NCBI GenBank assembly: GCA_024654565.1
Contig: JANLHM010000009.1
Location: 25,945-89,944 of the forward strand
DNA: 64,000 nucleotides
Direction: 5' to 3'
DNA from: Nanobdellota archaeon
Lineage (GTDB): Archaea > Nanobdellota > Nanobdellia > Pacearchaeales > GW2011-AR1
Positions 46,404-55,850 of the stretch are shown here, piece after piece. A program made the position numbers and the translations under genes. Position 1 is the first letter of the stretch. Each line of letters begins with the position of its first letter. The notes under the pieces are model-generated. The model was given only the letters and a program-made list of their open reading frames with translations. It ran no database searches and was not told the DNA's origin.

Positions 46404-46835
46404 TCAGGATTTACCAACAATTTTTACAGGAATTCCCATAAAGATGTCAAAAGTGGTTTTCTTAAGTAGTTGGTTATCAAAAGTCATGTCCAACTTACTA
46501 AATGGTTTATACCTTATTAATCCATTTGCTCCAAGTTTTTTTGCTTTAATTCTCAAGTCAACATTTTGAATTCTTTCGTCATGATAAAAGGTATCCCAAA
46601 AAAATTCGGAAACGTTGGGAATCGATTCTTCATCAAATCCAAAAAGTTCAAATAAAATCTTGGTTAACTCGCCCATGTCTTTTTCTGAAGGAATCGCCAT
46701 TCCTTGTAAAGAAGAAATATTTTTCGGATAAATCTCATATTTTTCTTTTCTAGAAGAATTCAATTCATAAAGACTACCCGGGAATAAAAATATCCCTTCA
46801 ACCGTCTTGTAAAACTTCTCTTTTTCCATTGACAA
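46404..46835 (-). CDS. hypothetical protein (143 aa)
   Basis: ORF track; no motif recognised. Confidence 0.5.
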   Translation of the reverse strand: MSMEKEKFYKTVEGIFLFPGSLYELNSSRKEKYEIYPKNISSLQGMAIPSEKDMGELTKILFELFGFDEESIPNVSEFFWDTFYHDERIQNVDLRIKAKKLGANGLIRYKPFSKLDMTFDNQLLKKTTFDIFMGIPVKIVGKS

Positions 46836-46995
46836 CTCAAAAGTTCAGTTCTATTTAAACATTTGTTCAAAATAGGATATATTTTTTAATTAATACGCCT
46901 TCATAAAAAGCAATTCATACAAAAAGCCACACTTGCCCCATTTTGAAAAGTAGAAAGATTCACTTTTACACAACTTTTCCTTTTTTGTTTTGGAA

Positions 46996-47874
46996 TTATT
47001 TCAAATTCTTTCTTCTTTCAGCAATTAACTTTTTCTTTTGATTCCTCTTGTAAAACCAGAATGCAATAAGACCAATTACAACAATAATTATAACCCATGC
47101 ACTAATGGGGATTCCACTATTTTTCCCCGCTCTGCCTTCAAAGTATTTTGAATCATAGGTAGTTGACTTTTCAATAGTTCTTCTAACCCCCGCTTGATCA
47201 GTATAAGAAACAGTCATTAAAATTTCTCCGTCTTTGGGCGTTGCCTCAAAGTCAGCAGTAGTATATTCTTGTGCATCAAGGTCTCCAACAATGTTTACAT
47301 TTGAACCTTTTATCTCAATGTTATCCTGTTCAGGAATATTTATTTTCAAAAGGGTGGTGTCTACATTTGCAATGTTTGAAATTTCAAAAGTTATAATTTT
47401 TGTCAAAGGATTGTAGTTTTTCACATCAATTTCAAAGTCTGCATGTGAATCTTGTATCCTTATATCAAACTTTTTTGAAAGAGGACTTATACTTAAAGTT
47501 GAACCTGCTGAATACAAAACAGTAACTTCTGCATCCCCATCAAAAGCATCCCTATTCACCTGAAGAGTGTAAGGAATATTCCATTCATTCTTGTTCCCTT
47601 GTGTGAAAGTCCCGCCACTCAAAGACTTTACTCCCATATCTTGAGAATTTAAAGTAAATGAATAGCCTGGGTCAAGCTGAAACGAAGCTCCATTACAGGA
47701 AGCATCCCCTACTCCACTCACCTGAAAAAGAAATTTAACGGTGTCTCCCTGGACAGCTGGATAGGGATCTTGGTTTACCAATGAAACTTCAAGGGTACAA
47801 GCAGCACTAGCTAAAGAAATTAACAATATTGCAAAAAAGAAAGACGATAAAACTAACTTGCCTCTTTTTTTCAT
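46996..47874 (-). CDS. secreted beta-rich surface protein with C-terminal TM anchor
   Basis: Signal peptide LVLSSFFFAILLISLASA, a C-terminal helix ISAWVIIIVVIGLIAFWFY, then a KRNQKKK stop-transfer. Confidence 0.65.
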   Translation of the reverse strand: MKKRGKLVLSSFFFAILLISLASAACTLEVSLVNQDPYPAVQGDTVKFLFQVSGVGDASCNGASFQLDPGYSFTLNSQDMGVKSLSGGTFTQGNKNEWNIPYTLQVNRDAFDGDAEVTVLYSAGSTLSISPLSKKFDIRIQDSHADFEIDVKNYNPLTKIITFEISNIANVDTTLLKINIPEQDNIEIKGSNVNIVGDLDAQEYTTADFEATPKDGEILMTVSYTDQAGVRRTIEKSTTYDSKYFEGRAGKNSGIPISAWVIIIVVIGLIAFWFYKRNQKKKLIAERRKNLK

Positions 47875-47922
47875 ATGAAGATTAATAAAATTTTGTTTTT
47901 AAATGTTTTCTTCCTTACAACT

Positions 47923-48501
47923 TTATATCTCAAAAATCTTGGTTATTTCTTCAATTGGTGCATTATAAAACTCATTAATGTCCTTCCGATTCCCATTAAA
48001 TTTTTTGTTTAGAATTTCTGCCCACACCAAATAATCACTTGAGTAATCAAGTTTATGGGGAATAATCGGAACCCATAGAAAATTCCTTCTTGGTTTTTTA
48101 AAATATTTCTTTCTAAGGAAATTGTCAATTAAAGTAGCATCCCCCTCAAAAAGTTTTGCATAACTGGAGTAAATTATTTTCTGTTTTTCATCGTCCCAAA
48201 ACCGATACCCCCCAAAAAGTTTAAAGCTGTCAAAAATATTTGGAAAATTGAACTCTTGGGCATTATGTGCTAATTCATGACCAATAATCAAATTCAAATA
48301 GTCCTCATTCCCTCCGTACTTTGGATTGAATTTTAAAGTTTGGTCAGAATAGGAAGCAATTACATCAAAATTAAGTTTTTTAATTACAACCTTGCAATTA
48401 GAAATGTTAGTTTTTAAGTGACTAAAATTTTCAACCATTAAAGAAATATTTTGCAAATTATTCTCAACATAATTCTTATTTATTATCACAAAAAAAATCA
48501 A
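47923..48501 (-). CDS. zincin-like putative metallopeptidase, paralog of the 55.8-58.2 kb family
   Basis: IIGHELAHNAQEFNF (HExxH), LFEGDATLIDNFL, and the C-terminal KKFNGNRKDINEFYNAPIEEITKIFEI. TTG start in the track; the true start is uncertain. Confidence 0.6.
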   Translation of the reverse strand: MIFFVIINKNYVENNLQNISLMVENFSHLKTNISNCKVVIKKLNFDVIASYSDQTLKFNPKYGGNEDYLNLIIGHELAHNAQEFNFPNIFDSFKLFGGYRFWDDEKQKIIYSSYAKLFEGDATLIDNFLRKKYFKKPRRNFLWVPIIPHKLDYSSDYLVWAEILNKKFNGNRKDINEFYNAPIEEITKIFEI

Positions 48502-48565
48502 ATTTTAATAATTTTTAAGCATTTATGTAATTTGTTACAAATTTATTTTGGATAAGAATTGCAAA

Positions 48566-49771
48566 TTACTCGTAACGCAAAGCGTCAACAGTATTTATTT
48601 TTGATGCGCGTATAGCAGGAATTACTCCTGAAATTGCACCAGTTACTCCTGCAAATAAAATGCATCCAATAAAAAGCCATGGCGAATAATATGGAGCTAA
48701 AAATGACCAACCTAGATTTGCTAAAACACTTCCTGCAACACTAGTTATTAAAAATCCCAATAGCACCCCCATTATTCCTGCTAGAACTCCTAGGAATGCT
48801 GATTCAAAAAGGAAGATTCCAAAAATTTCCCTGTTCCTTGCTCCAATAGACTTCAAAACTCCAATCTCCTTAAACCTCTCAAGAACTGAAGTGATCATCG
48901 TGTTTGCAGTGTTTATTCCAGAAACAAGAACGGAAATTAACGCAATTAGAATAACAAAACCAACAATAATGTTTAAAACAGCACTATAAGTTTCAATTAA
49001 ATCCTGAAAAGACTGAACATAAAAATCCTCTTCTCCTTTTTTCTGATCTCTTTCATTTCTTAAATCTCTTTCAATGTTTGAAATAGCTAAATCTATATTT
49101 TTAATGTCGGCTCTTGCAATAATTTGGGAATAAGAATCTTTTTCTGGAAAAAGGTCTTTGTAATAATTGTTCGTGATATAAATCTGAGAGTCATCCGTTG
49201 GATTTCCAAATGATTCAAAAAAACCAACAACTTTAATTGAAGTCCCGTTTATTTCAATTTGGTCATTTATGTCAAGTCCTTTTTTGAAAATTCTGTCATC
49301 AAACATATAATTGTATCCAAGAACTGCTTTTTTTGTGTCTCCAGACTCTAAAAGTCTCCCTTTTTCAATATCAGCATTTAAAAAATCTAAAACTAGGTCT
49401 GTTGACGGGTCATAAGAAACAATAAAAGTATATATCTTTTCACTTCTTCTTTCAACTTGAACAACGCTGTAATACAAACCCGTTGCTTCATACACTCCCC
49501 CAGACCTCTCAATTACTTCTAAATCCCTTTCAGTCAGTTTAAAAGTAGTGTCCAACCCTGGTGCAGAGCCCCCTTTTGCGAGTATTAAAATTTTGTCAGC
49601 AGATGAATCACTTGCAAACTCTTGAGTATAATTGTAAAGTCCAAGTCCAAAACTTATAAAAATAAATATTGTTGCAATTCCAATAAGAATTGAAAAGACA
49701 GTCAAAAAACTTCTTCCCTTTCTGTGTTTTAAATTCCTTAATGAATATCTTATTGATTCAGTGTTTATCAT
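48566..49771 (-). CDS. ABC transporter permease, MacB/FtsX-like
   Basis: N-terminal TM, a large extracytoplasmic loop, and a C-terminal FtsX 3-TM bundle with LERFKEIGVLKSIGA. Confidence 0.85.
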   Translation of the reverse strand: MINTESIRYSLRNLKHRKGRSFLTVFSILIGIATIFIFISFGLGLYNYTQEFASDSSADKILILAKGGSAPGLDTTFKLTERDLEVIERSGGVYEATGLYYSVVQVERRSEKIYTFIVSYDPSTDLVLDFLNADIEKGRLLESGDTKKAVLGYNYMFDDRIFKKGLDINDQIEINGTSIKVVGFFESFGNPTDDSQIYITNNYYKDLFPEKDSYSQIIARADIKNIDLAISNIERDLRNERDQKKGEEDFYVQSFQDLIETYSAVLNIIVGFVILIALISVLVSGINTANTMITSVLERFKEIGVLKSIGARNREIFGIFLFESAFLGVLAGIMGVLLGFLITSVAGSVLANLGWSFLAPYYSPWLFIGCILFAGVTGAISGVIPAIRASKINTVDALRYE

Positions 49772-49772
49772 T

Positions 49773-50990
49773 TTAATCTCTCAATGCCTCCACTGGATTT
49801 TGTTTTGCAGCACGAACAGCAGGAGCAATTCCCGCAATTCCTCCAATTAAAAAACTTCCAATAAGGGAAAAGAAAATTAAAACAAAGTTTATTGAGGGAG
49901 CAAGGTCAGAATTGACAAAACTGTTTATTCCAATAACTCCAACTAAACCAATTAAAGTTCCAAACAAAGCCCCAACAAAACCCCCAACAAGACCTAAAAG
50001 ACTTGATTCAATAAAAAATTGGGTAAATATTTGAGAGTTTGTTGCACCAATTGATTTCATTATTCCTATTTCTTTTTTTCTTTCTAATACCGAAGTCGTC
50101 ATAGTGTTAACAATTCCCAAGGCCCCAATAAAAATAGAAATTGAAGCGACAATAACAATAAACATCTGAACTCCCCCAAGAATTGCGTTTACGCTTTCAA
50201 GGCTTGATTCGGGGGTTGAAACCTCAAAATTTTCGTCCCCTACTTTAACGTCCCTTACTTTTCTTAATACTTTTTCAATGTCTTCCTTTGTTTTCAAGAT
50301 TTCATCTTTGTTTACCGGTTGAACTGCAATGATGTCTATTTTGTCTCCATAGTTAGAAATTGAATCTAGGTCCTCCTCATTCATATACGCAACATTGTCA
50401 AAAATAAAACTTCCTTTTTTTTCCAGTATTCCAACAACCTGGAAACTTTTATCTTGAATTGCAACAGTATTCCCTGGGACTACTTTTTTTCCAAGTCCAA
50501 CTGAATCAGTATAAAAATTATATCCAAGAACTACTTTCCCAACGTCATCATCCTTAAGTAACCTACCAACAACAGTTTCTGCTTCAATCTGTTCATAAAT
50601 AAACTTTCTGTTTTCTCCAGAGGGGATGTTTGTTGCATATCCAAAAATTGCTCTTTTGTTATATTCTAATTTTGCAGAAACAATGTCTCTTCCAACAGCT
50701 CTTTTAACACTCGAAAGTTTCTCTATTGCTTCAAGCTCTTTAGAAGTTAAAGGGTCAACGGCTCCTGAACCCGGGGGGCCAAAGTTTGAAATTCCCCCTG
50801 CCTGAACACTCAAAAGTTCAGTTGAACTTATCCCGAATTGACTTGAAACTGCCGTCTGAAGTCCACTTCCAAGTGAAATTAATGAAACAACTGCGAGAAC
50901 ACCAATAAAAATTCCTAGAAGAGTAAGCCACGAACGTAAACCTCTATGTCTTAAGTTCTTAATGGAAAGGCTAAAAGTATCACTTAACAT
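49773..50990 (-). CDS. ABC transporter permease, MacB/FtsX-like (second copy)
   Basis: Same architecture; LERKKEIGIMKSIGA. Confidence 0.85.
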   Translation of the reverse strand: MLSDTFSLSIKNLRHRGLRSWLTLLGIFIGVLAVVSLISLGSGLQTAVSSQFGISSTELLSVQAGGISNFGPPGSGAVDPLTSKELEAIEKLSSVKRAVGRDIVSAKLEYNKRAIFGYATNIPSGENRKFIYEQIEAETVVGRLLKDDDVGKVVLGYNFYTDSVGLGKKVVPGNTVAIQDKSFQVVGILEKKGSFIFDNVAYMNEEDLDSISNYGDKIDIIAVQPVNKDEILKTKEDIEKVLRKVRDVKVGDENFEVSTPESSLESVNAILGGVQMFIVIVASISIFIGALGIVNTMTTSVLERKKEIGIMKSIGATNSQIFTQFFIESSLLGLVGGFVGALFGTLIGLVGVIGINSFVNSDLAPSINFVLIFFSLIGSFLIGGIAGIAPAVRAAKQNPVEALRD

Positions 50991-51487
50991 ATATTAATCT
51001 CCCACCAAACTTTTTTAACTCCATTAACTATTCTATTTTCAACTTTTCTAAATCCAACTTTTTCATTCACTTTACAAACAGCCTTATTTGATTTTTTACA
51101 TTGGGCATATATTATTTTCATTTTTTTTATTTTAAATCCATAATTGATGATTTTTTTCAAAGCTTTTGTAGCTAAACCTTTACCCCTATAATCTGGATGT
51201 AACCATAAATGGACTCTTCCTTCACTAGAATTTTTATCCCAATTTTGATAATCTAATTTAACATTTCCAGCATATTTTCCATCTACTAATATTGTAAAAA
51301 CCTGGGAAACCCCTTTCTTTGTTTTTTTAATAAAATCTTTTACTTCTTTTTTTGCTTCTTCGAAAGAAGAAGGAACACCCATAAATCCTTTTGCAGTTTC
51401 TTTATCTTGCATAACTTCCCAATATAATTTGGAATCATTTAATTTAATGGGCCTTAAAATAAATCCTTTTCCTTTTAAAACAATCAT
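50984..51487 (-). CDS. GNAT acetyltransferase (RimJ/RimL-like) embedded in the ABC operon
   Basis: HPDYRGKGLATKALKKIINYGF is the acetyl-CoA motif. Overlaps the downstream permease by 7 nt and starts 2 nt after the ATPase gene. Confidence 0.75.
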   Translation of the reverse strand: MIVLKGKGFILRPIKLNDSKLYWEVMQDKETAKGFMGVPSSFEEAKKEVKDFIKKTKKGVSQVFTILVDGKYAGNVKLDYQNWDKNSSEGRVHLWLHPDYRGKGLATKALKKIINYGFKIKKMKIIYAQCKKSNKAVCKVNEKVGFRKVENRIVNGVKKVWWEINIC

Positions 51488-51488
51488 C

Positions 51489-52250
51489 TTACTCCCTCTC
51501 CTTAACTATTCTTTTGGGTTCTCCGTCAGTATATTTTTTTACTTTCTTTTTCTTTGTAATTTTCTCAAGTTTTCCGTCACGAAGCCAATAAACAATTTCA
51601 GCATGTTGTTTGGCAAGTTCTGGTTCGTGAGTAATCATAATTATTGTTTTTCCTTGCTTGTGAAGTTTATCCAAGAAATCCATAACTATGTCTCCCGTTT
51701 TAGTGTCAAGGTTTCCTGTTGGTTCATCAGCTAAAATTACTTCAGGCTCATTAGCAAGGCTCCTTGCAATTGCAACTCTTTGTTTTTGCCCTCCTGAAAG
51801 TTCATTTGGATAGTGGTCCATTCGGTCACCAAGTTCAACAAGATTAAGAAGTTCTTCAGCACGAACTTCTCTTTCTTCAATGGGGACTCCTTGAAAAGTC
51901 ATAGGAAGCATAACATTCTCTTTTGCAGTTAAATTTGGAATTAAGTTAAACGACTGAAAAATAAAACCGATTTTTTGCCCCCGAAGTTGAGAAAGGTCAG
52001 ACTCTGAAAAAGTGGATATGTCTTCACCATCAAGAAAGATATTGCCTTTTGTCGGAACGTCAAGACTCCCAACAAGGTTCATTGAGGTGGACTTTCCTGA
52101 ACCGGACGGACCCATAATTGCAACAAATTCTCCTTCGTTAACTTTAAGCGAAATCCCGTCAACCGCTTTTACAACATTGTCCCCCATATAGTAATATTTG
52201 AAAACATTTTTTAGCTCAATCAAAACAGAATTTTTCCCCCCTTTTCTCAT
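51489..52250 (-). CDS. ABC transporter ATP-binding protein (MacB/LolD-like)
   Basis: GPSGSGKST (Walker A), LSGGQKQRVAIARSL (signature), ILADEPTGNLD (Walker B) and ITHE (H-loop). Confidence 0.9.
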   Translation of the reverse strand: MRKGGKNSVLIELKNVFKYYYMGDNVVKAVDGISLKVNEGEFVAIMGPSGSGKSTSMNLVGSLDVPTKGNIFLDGEDISTFSESDLSQLRGQKIGFIFQSFNLIPNLTAKENVMLPMTFQGVPIEEREVRAEELLNLVELGDRMDHYPNELSGGQKQRVAIARSLANEPEVILADEPTGNLDTKTGDIVMDFLDKLHKQGKTIIMITHEPELAKQHAEIVYWLRDGKLEKITKKKKVKKYTDGEPKRIVKERE

Positions 52251-52287
52251 AATGTAAAAAATAAATGAAATTATTTAAATCTTGACA

Positions 52288-53043
52288 TTAATATTTTTGT
52301 TTACGCTTAAAATCAAGGTCTTCAAGTTTATCCCAGTAAAATCTTTCCCACGGAGCACTTGGAAGAAGAGAAACAAATTTTTCCAAATTATTTTCTTTGT
52401 TTCTGGAGTCCACAAGAAAATTTCTAAGTAAAGAATATTCTTTATCAGTTAACAATCTTGCATCAACATCCCATTCTCTAATGTGAAAAGATCCTAGTGG
52501 TCTCTCACCATCAAAATCATGTGGATCTAGTGGTTCTTTATCATTGAAAGAATAACGCGTTTCCATAAAGTTAACAAGTGTCCTGACAAATTCCTGCTTT
52601 TGGCCTATCTGGTAAAGAATGTGCTCTTCTTCAAGGTCCTCCTCATGAATTTCCTCGCCCAGACTTTTCCTACGTGTTTCACTTAACTGAATAGCAATTT
52701 TATTATTCAAATTTTTTAAAACAGAATAAACTGGGTCATTAGAAATATTTGCTAAATTTGCTCTTGATGTGTCTCTCACATTTTTAAGAACATTAAAGTA
52801 ATGAGGAACCTTGTCTTTAGGTAAATCTTTAATCTTTAAATTTCCTTCAACAAAAGAAAAACCCAAATCCATTAATTTTTTATCCTCTTGAGTTAATTCA
52901 GAATGTTTCTTTCGAATTGCCCCCGCATATTTTATAATGTCAAAATTCAAAGCATCTTCCTCAGTTGCGCCACCTAAAACCATAAGGTAAACCCTTTTTT
53001 TCTCTTCAAATTTTCTTATTAGGTCGTCTTTTCTTTTACTCAT
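52288..53043 (-). CDS. hypothetical protein (251 aa) downstream of the RecJ-like gene
   Basis: ORF track; same strand; 10-nt gap to the RecJ-like gene. Confidence 0.55.
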   Translation of the reverse strand: MSKRKDDLIRKFEEKKRVYLMVLGGATEEDALNFDIIKYAGAIRKKHSELTQEDKKLMDLGFSFVEGNLKIKDLPKDKVPHYFNVLKNVRDTSRANLANISNDPVYSVLKNLNNKIAIQLSETRRKSLGEEIHEEDLEEEHILYQIGQKQEFVRTLVNFMETRYSFNDKEPLDPHDFDGERPLGSFHIREWDVDARLLTDKEYSLLRNFLVDSRNKENNLEKFVSLLPSAPWERFYWDKLEDLDFKRKQKY

Positions 53044-53053
53044 TTTAAAAAAA

Positions 53054-54667
53054 TTATCTTCCTTTCAAAAATTCTCGAAGTAAATTCACTACCTCTTCTT
53101 TCTTGTAAGGCAAAAATGTTAATGAACCTGCATTTTTGTGTCCACCACCTGCAACAAAAGATTCAGGAGATTTTTTACTTATGAATTTTAACAATTCATG
53201 AAATGAGAAATTTGCTTCATCAGTTGCTCTCAAAGTTATTGCAGTTGGCATAATTCCTGCTGTAACCAGTGAAGAAACACCCTTCTCTTTTTGATAATTG
53301 TCATGGACTAAACTTACAGCCCTCCCAGGTTTAGGGAAAAATCCAAAACCAGGAAAAGTTTCCTCAATTTTAATTGTTTGAAGTGTTGTTTTTCCTATTT
53401 TTTCATGTTTAGAATTACTTCTTCCAATTTCAAGACCTTTTCTATCTAGTTCACGAATATACGGGGCCATTAAACTCACAAGCTCTTTTTGTCTTTTTCT
53501 TGGTTCACCAAAAAGAACTTCAATGTATTCTCTAGCTTCCATAAACCTTACTTTAGCTGAAACGTAATCAATAACAAGGGCGATGTCAGACAAAAGTTCT
53601 TTTGAATACCCTTCCTTTTCAGCAATTTTCAAATATTCTTCCATGACTTTAGGGTTTCCTAAGTCAATTCTGTCAGCAAACCCCGCCATAGCAGGAATTT
53701 GATTTATATTTTCAACGTCGGGATTTATGAAACGAGCGAGTTCACTGCAGAGCATTCCCGCTGAAAAGTGTGAACCATCTTCTCCGACTAAAAATGGACT
53801 TATATGAACTAAAACTTCTGAACTTATCACATCCTTGTCAAAAGCATGGTGATCAATAACAATAAAATCTGCTCCATGAACCTTTCCCTGTTTTATCCCC
53901 ATCAAGTCTTCAGGGGTCGAGCCATTGTCAGCAATAATAATAAGAGGCATTTTATTTGAAAACTTTGCAACATTTCGAAGGGAATTAGCCATATCCCTAA
54001 TTGAGTCATCAATCTCGTAATATGGCGCTTGAGATGGAGCTCTTAAGAAAAATTCCCATGGAGCTTTCAAAGAACTGTGATGCTTTTCAATTAAAGGAAT
54101 TATTGCTCTCTCAAGAGAAAACCCTGAAGAATACCCGTCAGCATCGTTGTGATGTCTGACTATTAAAGGTCTATCCTGAATAATTGCAAGTCTTATTTGA
54201 GTTGCAGCCTCAATAAACCTTTCACGAAGTTTATTTAAAATTTGATTTTTAACCAAAAATTCAGGAGGAGTTACTTTTGCTTTTTCTTTTTCAAGAGCCC
54301 TTAAATTTTTAATAAATTCTTTTTTTTCATTGTCCCCGAGTTTTTTTATTGAACTTATTTCTCCCTCAATTTCCCCATTGTATTCCCCTACTTCAACCAC
54401 TGCTTTTATTACGTCATTTTCGTTTATTTCTGGATATGCACGCTCTCCTGGTTTTATAAAACCTTTAAGAGATAAGCTTCCTGTCCCATCAGTCACAACA
54501 AAAATTGTGGGACCTCCTGTTTGAACTATTCGGTTTATAACTCCTGTAATTGAGACCCTTCCTTTTGAATTAAGACTAATCTCTTCTATTAAGGCTTCAC
54601 TTACTTCCTGCTTATAAGAACTTCCCTTGAAATTGCTCTTTCCTTTTTTAAAATTTCTTTCTTTCAT
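53054..54667 (-). CDS. RecJ-like DHH/DHHA1 phosphoesterase with N-terminal OB fold
   Basis: HHNDADGYSSG (motif I), IIADNGS (II), VIDHH (III) and GGGHKNAGS (DHHA1). The N-terminal VSITGVINRIV...FVVTDGTGSLSLKGF is OB-like. Confidence 0.8.
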   Translation of the reverse strand: MKERNFKKGKSNFKGSSYKQEVSEALIEEISLNSKGRVSITGVINRIVQTGGPTIFVVTDGTGSLSLKGFIKPGERAYPEINENDVIKAVVEVGEYNGEIEGEISSIKKLGDNEKKEFIKNLRALEKEKAKVTPPEFLVKNQILNKLRERFIEAATQIRLAIIQDRPLIVRHHNDADGYSSGFSLERAIIPLIEKHHSSLKAPWEFFLRAPSQAPYYEIDDSIRDMANSLRNVAKFSNKMPLIIIADNGSTPEDLMGIKQGKVHGADFIVIDHHAFDKDVISSEVLVHISPFLVGEDGSHFSAGMLCSELARFINPDVENINQIPAMAGFADRIDLGNPKVMEEYLKIAEKEGYSKELLSDIALVIDYVSAKVRFMEAREYIEVLFGEPRKRQKELVSLMAPYIRELDRKGLEIGRSNSKHEKIGKTTLQTIKIEETFPGFGFFPKPGRAVSLVHDNYQKEKGVSSLVTAGIMPTAITLRATDEANFSFHELLKFISKKSPESFVAGGGHKNAGSLTFLPYKKEEVVNLLREFLKGR

Positions 54668-54881
54668 AACATATAAAATAAATCCTATAATTAAAAAGCT
54701 TTGTATGAAAAATTACAAATTAAGATTTTCATCACTTTCAAGAGTTTTCTCAATATTCTTATTTACCTTTTCTTTCTCAATTAATTTACATGAAGAATCG
54801 TGGTAATACTTACCTGTTTTTTCATCATAAATAAGGTTACTGAGTACACGAAGTCATACCTTTTTCTCAATATTTTTCTTT

Positions 54882-54939
54882 CTTGAGATTTTAATCACTT
54901 TCTCCCTATCCTTCCTTGAGATTTTAATCACTTTCTCCC
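54882..54939. repeat. 33-bp-period tandem duplication spanning the stop codon of the 54928 gene
   Basis: cttgagattttaatcactttctccc occurs at 54882-54906 and 54915-54939. ctccctatc is also duplicated. Confidence 0.85.
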
Positions 54940-55155
54940 CCTTTTCTCCCTATCAATTACCCCGATATTGATACCCATAATAAAAGCCTTGCCATCAGAA
55001 TTTAAGACAACTTCCCAGTTTCCAAGAGAATCACAATAGGAGTTATTGTGATAAAAACGGTTGTTCTTCGAGTCATAAACAACAGAATCACTTATTATTT
55101 TATTGTCAAAACAATTAGGATTGTCGCAATAAAGAGAAATCTTTTTATCAAACAT
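54928..55155 (-). CDS. hypothetical small protein (75 aa)
   Basis: ORF track. A CDNPNC ... YDSKNNRFYHNNSYC motif is present, and a degraded paralogous fragment lies just downstream (54720-54870). Confidence 0.45.
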   Translation of the reverse strand: MFDKKISLYCDNPNCFDNKIISDSVVYDSKNNRFYHNNSYCDSLGNWEVVLNSDGKAFIMGINIGVIDREKRGRK

Positions 55156-55259
55156 CCCAAAAAATTAAAGATATTTTGACTTGCCTTTAAAAATTTATAA
55201 AACTTGTCTTTTGGTTACCCTATCAAAATCTTTATAAACGAATTTCTGTAAAGTAATTC

Positions 55260-55691
55260 ATGACATTTAAAATTAACATTGGTGAAAAGTCAGGAAAGAC
55301 TTACAAACTTGAGGCAACAGCTCCGGGTTTAATTGATAAAGAATTAGGTGAAAAAATAGACGGAAAAGAAATAAAGTCAGACCTTGAAGGATATGAATTT
55401 GAAATAACAGGTGCGTCTGACAAAGCAGGTTTTCCTTCCCTTAAAGAAGCTTCGGGCACAATTCTTCGTGGAGTACTTTTAAGGTACGGAAAAGGGATGC
55501 ATAAAAAGCCAAGAAAAGAAGGAAAAAAACCTCAAAAAGAACCAAAGCCAAAAGGATTAAGGATGAGAAAAAAAGTTAGAGGAAAAGTAATTTCTGAAGC
55601 AATTGTGCAAGTAAACCTTAAAGTTGTAAAAGTTGGGAAAAAACCACTTTCTGAAGTTTTTGCTTCCCCCATTGAAGCCCCAGCTCAATAA
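55260..55691 (+). CDS. rps6e: ribosomal protein eS6
   Basis: FKINIGEKSGKTYKLE...GYEFEITGASDKAGFP...GMHKKPRKEG is the typical S6e pattern. Confidence 0.9.
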   Translation: MTFKINIGEKSGKTYKLEATAPGLIDKELGEKIDGKEIKSDLEGYEFEITGASDKAGFPSLKEASGTILRGVLLRYGKGMHKKPRKEGKKPQKEPKPKGLRMRKKVRGKVISEAIVQVNLKVVKVGKKPLSEVFASPIEAPAQ

Positions 55692-55782
55692 ACATTTTAA
55701 ACACATAAAAAACTAATTTTAATTCACTAAATAATCTCTCATTTATTTTGTTACTATTTTAAAGAAACGACATATCGAAAGA

Positions 55783-55790
55783 TTTATATA
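55783..55790 (+). promoter_or_regulatory. TATA-box-like element for the seven-gene cassette
   Basis: tttatata lies 60 nt upstream of the ATG at 55851. Unlike most genes here, this implies a 5-prime leader of about 35 nt. Confidence 0.4.
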
Positions 55791-55850
55791 TTAGTAAATA
55801 GTAATACTTTTAACTAAAAAGTGGTATCAAAATCACACTAAAAGAGAAAA

